DNA from: Opitutales bacterium
GTDB lineage: Bacteria; Verrucomicrobiota; Verrucomicrobiia; Opitutales; PNEW01
Direction: 5' to 3'
Length of the DNA: 64,000 nt
Assembly: GCA_965197745.1 (NCBI GenBank)
Contig: CBDANS010000007.1
Location: forward strand, 1,888,001 to 1,952,000
Shown: one piece after another, positions 59,798 through 64,000 of the stretch
How the letters are laid out: every line of letters begins with the position of its first letter
Numbering within the stretch: position 1 is the stretch's first letter
Made by a program: the position numbers and the translations under genes
The notes under the pieces: generated by a model
The model's input: only the letters and a program-made list of their open reading frames with translations
Database searches by the model: none
Told to the model about the DNA's origin: nothing

Positions 59798-60814
59798 GTG
59801 AATCTCCCCATAGCCAACCGAACGCAGAAATACAAACCAGGAATAGCCTGGTTTTGTCTATTTTCGCTTTTTTGGATTATTCTCCTCCTCTATGCCGGAG
59901 GGCTTACGACAAGTATTGAAGCAGGGATGGCATTCCTTGACTGGCCACTCTCAGAGGGTTCTCTTAACCCTGACGGTTGGACTCAGGACCGTGAAATGCG
60001 TGCGGAGCACAGCCATCGTTTGCTGGGCATGAAAGTTGGCATTCTCTCCATAATCCTCGTTGTCTGGACTCAACTGCGCGAGGCGAGAAGCTGGGTGCGA
60101 AGGTTGACTCTTTTTATCTTATTAATGGTGATATTACAAGGGTGCCTGGGGGGCTCCAGAGTGATCTTTGACCGCTTGAATATTCAGAGTGAGGGGAACC
60201 TTATCGCTCAAATTTTTGCCATCATACACGCTTGCGGGGCACAAATTATACTCTGTCTGCTTGTCACCCTAACGATTGCCTCCACCCGATTATGGATTGA
60301 AGATAACGGCGGCCTGAAAGAACCAGCACCCTGCCGTGTAAGATGGGTCGGTATTGCTTCCTCCACTATTCTTTTTATCGTTATCATTTTTGGGGCCGTC
60401 ATGCGTCATGCCGATGCCGGTCTCGCCATAAGCACTTTTCCCCACTCTACCATGGAAGGATACTGGTTTCCTGATTCCTGGAATTGGGCGGTAGTCATAA
60501 ATTTTGCTCATCGATTATGTGCCCTGCTCGCATCATTGTGTATCCTCTATTATGTTAGTAACATTTGGATCTCCTTGAGAACTTCACGCATCCTCTGCTG
60601 GCTCACCGCCATCCCCCTTTTGCTTCTTCTTGTACAAATATTTCTGGGAGCAACGGTGACGTGGAGCCGCATAAATGAACATGCAGCTACCGCTCATATG
60701 CTGGTTGGAGCTTTTCTGCTTGCCAGTTGCTGGATGCTCACTTTTTTAAGTTTGCGTTTATCAATTCCTTTTTTTATGGCAGACAATCATCCCTCCCCGA
60801 GTCCCTCCAGATAG
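59798..60814 (+). CDS. ctaA: Heme A synthase (COX15/CtaA family)
   Basis: 'AGMAFLDWP', 'EHSHR', 'NFAHR', multi-TM. Confidence 0.82.
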   Translation: MNLPIANRTQKYKPGIAWFCLFSLFWIILLLYAGGLTTSIEAGMAFLDWPLSEGSLNPDGWTQDREMRAEHSHRLLGMKVGILSIILVVWTQLREARSWVRRLTLFILLMVILQGCLGGSRVIFDRLNIQSEGNLIAQIFAIIHACGAQIILCLLVTLTIASTRLWIEDNGGLKEPAPCRVRWVGIASSTILFIVIIFGAVMRHADAGLAISTFPHSTMEGYWFPDSWNWAVVINFAHRLCALLASLCILYYVSNIWISLRTSRILCWLTAIPLLLLLVQIFLGATVTWSRINEHAATAHMLVGAFLLASCWMLTFLSLRLSIPFFMADNHPSPSPSR

Positions 60815-60842
60815 CATTGAATTATAGCATAATCGCTAAACT

Positions 60843-61784
60843 ATGAAGCCCGGATCAAGCCGATTTAATTTTAATACACGATCACGATCTGAACTAATGG
60901 TCGAAGATGAGATTGACCGTAAAGCGCTGTTATATGATTTTTGGGAATTAACCAAACCACGATTGAGTCTACTGGCAGTGATCACTGCCATTGTAGGTTA
61001 CCTCGTTGCTCAGCCAGATAAAAATCTTCTCTTATTCCTGAACCTCTTTATGGGGACATCGCTCGCGGCCGGTGGAGCAGCAGTCCTTAATCAATGGCAG
61101 GAACGCGTAGCCGATGAAAAAATGGCGCGAACCCGTAATCGCCCTATTCCCTCAGGATCAATAGCACCCGAGACCGCTCTTATTTATGGACTCATATTAT
61201 CTGCGGTTGGTGATATTACTCTCTGGTTTGGCGCCAATAGTCTGGCTGCAAGTTTGGCTCTCATTACCCAGGTATCTTATATCTTAATATACACACCGCT
61301 TAAGCATTATTCTCACTGGTGCACAGAAATCGGAGCAATCCCTGGAGCTATCCCTCCCCTTATCGGATGGGCTGCCGCTGAAAGTTCACTCTCTACTCTA
61401 GGTTGGTTATTATTCGCTATTCTCCTCACCTGGCAAATTCCGCATTTCATGGCAATTGCATGGATCTTCAGGAAGGATTATGCTGACGCTGGCTTTCCTA
61501 TGATTTCAGTAATTGATTCGAGTGGACACCGAGTAGCTAGACAATCGCTAACTTTTACCCTTTTGCTTATTATTTGCAGCCTATTGCCCACATTACTTGG
61601 TTATACTTCATTTTTCTATGCCTTGATAGCGGTCGGCTCAGGTCTGTGGATACTTATAAAAGCCCTGCGCTTCACTCAGAAAGACAACCGCGATGCTGCA
61701 GCGCGACAGCTCTTCGTTGTTTCAATCGCCTATCTTCCCTTACTTTTAGCAGCACTTGTTATCGATCGTTGGTTTTTCGTTTAA
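60843..61784 (+). CDS. ctaB: Protoheme IX farnesyltransferase
   Basis: 'LTKPR', 'MARTRNRP', 'YTPLK', 'WQIPHF'. Confidence 0.94.
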   Translation: MKPGSSRFNFNTRSRSELMVEDEIDRKALLYDFWELTKPRLSLLAVITAIVGYLVAQPDKNLLLFLNLFMGTSLAAGGAAVLNQWQERVADEKMARTRNRPIPSGSIAPETALIYGLILSAVGDITLWFGANSLAASLALITQVSYILIYTPLKHYSHWCTEIGAIPGAIPPLIGWAAAESSLSTLGWLLFAILLTWQIPHFMAIAWIFRKDYADAGFPMISVIDSSGHRVARQSLTFTLLLIICSLLPTLLGYTSFFYALIAVGSGLWILIKALRFTQKDNRDAAARQLFVVSIAYLPLLLAALVIDRWFFV

Positions 61785-61869
61785 GTTTCCTTTCAATAGT
61801 TAGCCACCGGTCGGGGTAATTATCTAAAGCTGATTCATCCCGAGCAGCTTTGTTAAAATAAAATCAATT

Positions 61870-62307
61870 ATGCGGGGGATTTCATTCCCAGAATTAAACG
61901 CTTCTTTAAACAGCATAGCTTTTGTTTTGCTGACCATTGGTTTTATCTTAATCAAGTTTGAAAAAAAAAGAGCACATCAATTTACGATGACCACTGCCTT
62001 TATTGTCTCCGTTGCCTTTCTTATCAGTTATGTCACCCACAAAGTATTAATGAAGGGAGTTCATACTCCATTTGGAGGGACAGGTATCTGGCATACCCTG
62101 TATTACAGTATGCTTATCAGTCATATTATATTAGCGGTAATTATAGTTCCCATGGTACTGCGAACATTTATTCTCGCCATGACCGGACAAATTGAGAGGC
62201 ACCGCAAATGGGCAAGAATCACTTTTCCGCTCTGGTATTATGTTTCTATAACCGGTATTCTCGTCTATTTATTTCTTTATCAATGGTTCCCCTCCAATTC
62301 CTTATAA
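61870..62307 (+). CDS. DUF420 membrane protein (cytochrome oxidase assembly-associated)
   Basis: 'LNASLN', 'FLISY', 'SHIILA', 'HRKWAR', 'VSITG'. Confidence 0.82.
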   Translation: MRGISFPELNASLNSIAFVLLTIGFILIKFEKKRAHQFTMTTAFIVSVAFLISYVTHKVLMKGVHTPFGGTGIWHTLYYSMLISHIILAVIIVPMVLRTFILAMTGQIERHRKWARITFPLWYYVSITGILVYLFLYQWFPSNSL

Positions 62308-62535
62308 ATAGAATTATAGCGTGACGGCACCATGAATAACTGCGAATTTATAACTGGCATGAAACTTCGAGCTGTTCTCAGAATATAAAACTTCTGTAAG
62401 TTTAAGCACTCTTTACCGTATTAAACCGATTTTTAGCTGGTATCGGGATGTAAGCAGAGCTAATAACTAAATCTCTATAATGGGGCCCCTTATTTGATCG
62501 CGACTCTATCACGCTCACCACTTTATTGAATCTGT

Positions 62536-64000
62536 ATGACCTGGGAAATTGCATTAATATTTGTTCTACTCACATTGGCGATTATCAGTTTTGTCCTGGA
62601 AAAAATATCCAGTGATCTTACGGCGATTACTCTTTTTACGCTTATTTTATTGGCTGGATTGCTGCCTGTGGCTCATACCCTTCCTACGACGGCCATGATG
62701 CTTGGCGTTTTTGCCAATCCCGCTCCAGTAACTGTCGCCTCAATGTTCATTATTAGCGCGGCCCTTGAAAAATGTGGAGCTATTGAAATTTTAGCGGTAC
62801 TTTTGGAAAAACTGGCGGGGCTTGGCTACCGCGTGTTTATCTTCGTCATGATATTCGGTGTAGCGACGGCTTCGGCCTTTATTAACAACACACCCGTTGT
62901 TGTCATGCTCTTGCCGGTTATTTTAAGCCTTTCCAGGAAAATGGGTGTGCCCGCATCCAAACTCCTCATTCCCCTTTCTTATGCTTCAATATTTGGCGGT
63001 ATGTGCACGCTCGTCGGGAGCAGCACTAACATTCTCGCCAGCAGTATTATCGAGGCCGCCGGGGAACCCCCCCTGTCCATGTTTGAACTCGCCTCGATAG
63101 GTTTGCCCTTACTTATTCTGGGTGCTATTTATCTCGTCTTATTTGGAAACCGTATGCTCCCGGTCCGAGAAACGCTAACCTCCATTCTTTCAGAGGAGGA
63201 ACGAAAAGAATATATTACGGAAGCGTTTGTCCAGCAGGGCTCCCCTGCAATCGGTAAATCTTTGATTGAATCAGGAATATTAAAAACCGGCAGTGCTCGC
63301 GTTCTTGAAATTATCCGCAATCAGGTGGCTTTATTTACTGATCTCAATAAATTGGTATTACAAGAGGGCGACCGACTCATTCTCGCTCTGCGCCCATCGG
63401 GTGTGGCACATGCGAGAACCGTCGAGGGAATCAATCTAGCTGCTGAAATGGGGCAAGGGCTGGAAACTATCGCTGCCCATGAAGGTTCCATCGTCGAAGG
63501 GGTCATCAGTCCAAATTCTACGATTACAGGTAAAAGCGTCAGAGATATACATTTCCGACAACGCTATCGAATGATTGTCCTGGCCATCCACCGCGGAAGT
63601 GTGAACCTGCGAGAAAAGTTTGACCAGATTGCCTTAGAATTTGGCGATACTCTGCTCATGATGGGCACCGATACGGCAATTGAAGATCTCAGAAGAAACG
63701 ACGACATATTATTACTCGATCGCCCGGCGACACCGGCAAAGAGTATGCGGCATAAAATGCCAATCGTCCTCTCTATTCTTGTGGCCATAATCCTCGCAGC
63801 ATCATTCAAACTTGCTCCTATCGCTGCCGCTACCCTGACCGGTGTCGTAGCACTATTTCTCACCGGTTGTCTAAAGCCTAAAGAAGGCTACGCCTCGATT
63901 GAATGGAGTCTTATATTTCTTATTTACGGTATGTTAGGGGTAGGTATCGCCATGGAGTCGACAGGTGCCGCTGTTCTTCTCGTCAAGGGTTTAAGCTCTA
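62536..64000 (+). CDS. SLC13/CitMHS-family permease with TrkA-C domains, 3' truncated by window edge
   Basis: Open frame from ATG 62536 (MTWEIALIF..) with 'SAFINNTPVV' and 'CTLVGSSTN'. Absent from the ORF track because it has no stop in the window. Confidence 0.88.
   Translation, partial: MTWEIALIFVLLTLAIISFVLEKISSDLTAITLFTLILLAGLLPVAHTLPTTAMMLGVFANPAPVTVASMFIISAALEKCGAIEILAVLLEKLAGLGYRVFIFVMIFGVATASAFINNTPVVVMLLPVILSLSRKMGVPASKLLIPLSYASIFGGMCTLVGSSTNILASSIIEAAGEPPLSMFELASIGLPLLILGAIYLVLFGNRMLPVRETLTSILSEEERKEYITEAFVQQGSPAIGKSLIESGILKTGSARVLEIIRNQVALFTDLNKLVLQEGDRLILALRPSGVAHARTVEGINLAAEMGQGLETIAAHEGSIVEGVISPNSTITGKSVRDIHFRQRYRMIVLAIHRGSVNLREKFDQIALEFGDTLLMMGTDTAIEDLRRNDDILLLDRPATPAKSMRHKMPIVLSILVAIILAASFKLAPIAAATLTGVVALFLTGCLKPKEGYASIEWSLIFLIYGMLGVGIAMESTGAAVLLVKGLSS

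Noticed and set aside
1..64000. Numerous short overlapping or antisense ORFs in the track, rRNA, CRISPR, prophage structural genes
   Set aside because: The short ORFs are shadows of well-supported genes. No rRNA, repeat-spacer array or phage structural genes were seen.

Overview
This is a 64 kb bacterial chromosome segment. The gene content and conserved hypothetical proteins suggest Verrucomicrobiota/Opitutales (inference, not database-checked). Most of it is housekeeping: two peptide ABC clusters, murJ, gmhA, cca, pyrD, hemB, cysS, thrS, dapF, rpoN, sodN, alr, ribD, leuB, alaS, cysHCDN, carA, kdsB and ctaA/ctaB. Accessory content is (1) a ~7 kb tyrosine-integrase island in tRNA-Leu(GAG), with att repeats and arm-type sites, carrying two inverted IS3-family copies around a GH33-like sialidase and a probable rtcB fragment, and (2) a second, divergent IS3-family element disrupting a Ser/Thr kinase gene upstream of rpoN. 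The most striking observation is three related 34-45 nt GA-rich mini-hairpin cassettes (GT[A/T]CCGAGGAGC...GCGACGACA...CA). Each replaces a Glu codon in a conserved IS3 transposase motif, and two sit at the equivalent codon of two divergent IS elements, which suggests site-specific IS-inactivating insertion. Also present are an unannotated Thr-rich leader peptide with an attenuator upstream of thrS, a TPP riboswitch with an RBS-sequestering hairpin on a TonB receptor, and an HsbR-like REC-PP2C-kinase/STAS module. No CRISPR array or rRNA was seen.
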